The translations under genes and the position numbers were made by a program. Below the pieces are notes generated by a model, which was not told the DNA's origin, did not search any database, and was given only the letters and a program-made list of their open reading frames with translations. A stretch of 64,000 nt of DNA. Origin: Chloroflexota bacterium (GTDB taxonomy: Bacteria > Chloroflexota > UBA11872 > VXOZ01). Positions within the stretch are counted from its first letter, which is position 1. Every line of letters begins with the position of its first letter. The stretch is taken from the NCBI GenBank assembly GCA_964291655.2, contig OZ219802.1:1408001-1472000 (forward strand). The letters are read 5' to 3'. Positions 63,500-64,000 of the stretch are shown piece by piece.

Positions 63500-63960
63500 T
63501 TGTAGCGCGGAGGCTTAGTCCCTTGCGTGCGGATGCGCTGACACGGCGCAGAGAAGATGGATTCCCGCATGCACGGGAACGACGCTACCTGGGAACGAGG
63601 GCGTCCCGCCCGCATCGATGGATTCCCGCATTCGCGGGAATGACGGTCGACACGCCTCTCACGTTGTCCTCTTACATTCGCTCATTTGCCTGCCCTTTTT
63701 CAACATACAAATGACGGCTTTGGTGGCGCATTTCTCTGCGTAGCGCGGGGGCTTGTCCTCCGCCTCTGTCGTCCGCAGAGCCTGCTCCGTACGTGATACG
63801 GGGTTGCAAACCTGTCCCGAGCACTTCGGCAGGCTCAGCACAGGCTCTGTCGAAGGGCCTGCGCTACCAGGTCATTTCGGTGCCTCGCCTGCTCTGGTTT
63901 CTGACATGCGCACTTTTCTCCCGCCTTTGTCATTCGCAGGTTACAAACCTGCGCTACCGG
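63500..63960. repeat. Mixed REP cluster (at least four families)
   Basis: GGATTCCCGCATTCGCGGGAATGAC, GTAGCGCGGGGGCTTGTCCTCCGC, CTTCGGCAGGCTCAGC, GCAGGTTACAAACCTGCGCTAC. Confidence 0.82.
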
Positions 63961-64000
63961 ATCATTACGGTGCCTATCCCGTTCCGGTACCTGACACAAC

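Overview
GC-rich bacterial chromosome segment; gene style and repeat content suggest a Chloroflexota-like heterotroph (inference). It carries housekeeping genes (gyrA, rpsF-ssb-rpsR, tRNA-Leu(TAA), lipA/lipB, folB, moaC, pyrE, ubiX, DinG helicase, PrsA-like foldase), many catabolic hydrolases/oxidoreductases, two toxin-antitoxin pairs, a form II coxSLM+coxG molybdoenzyme cluster, a cytochrome P460-family lipoprotein divergent from a Crp/Fnr regulator, and a His-kinase-like/HtrA pair. The most striking signal is non-coding. Most intergenic regions are built from at least five REP-like hairpin families, and one hairpin (CCCTCACCC..CCCTCTCC-loop-GGAGAGGG) is the shared target of a nested set of mobile elements: a ~235-bp MITE, an IS481 element with two 288-bp MITE derivatives, and two IS1182 copies. 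Target-site duplications suggest the 37-kb segment between the inverted IS1182 copies has been flipped or misassembled. Other oddities: a heavily substituted GyrA QRDR (HPHSNEP), a kinase with no H-box His, an HtrA ORF running 247 bp antisense into its neighbour, and lipB translationally coupled to a HEPN toxin. All family calls come from motif recognition by eye, not database searches.
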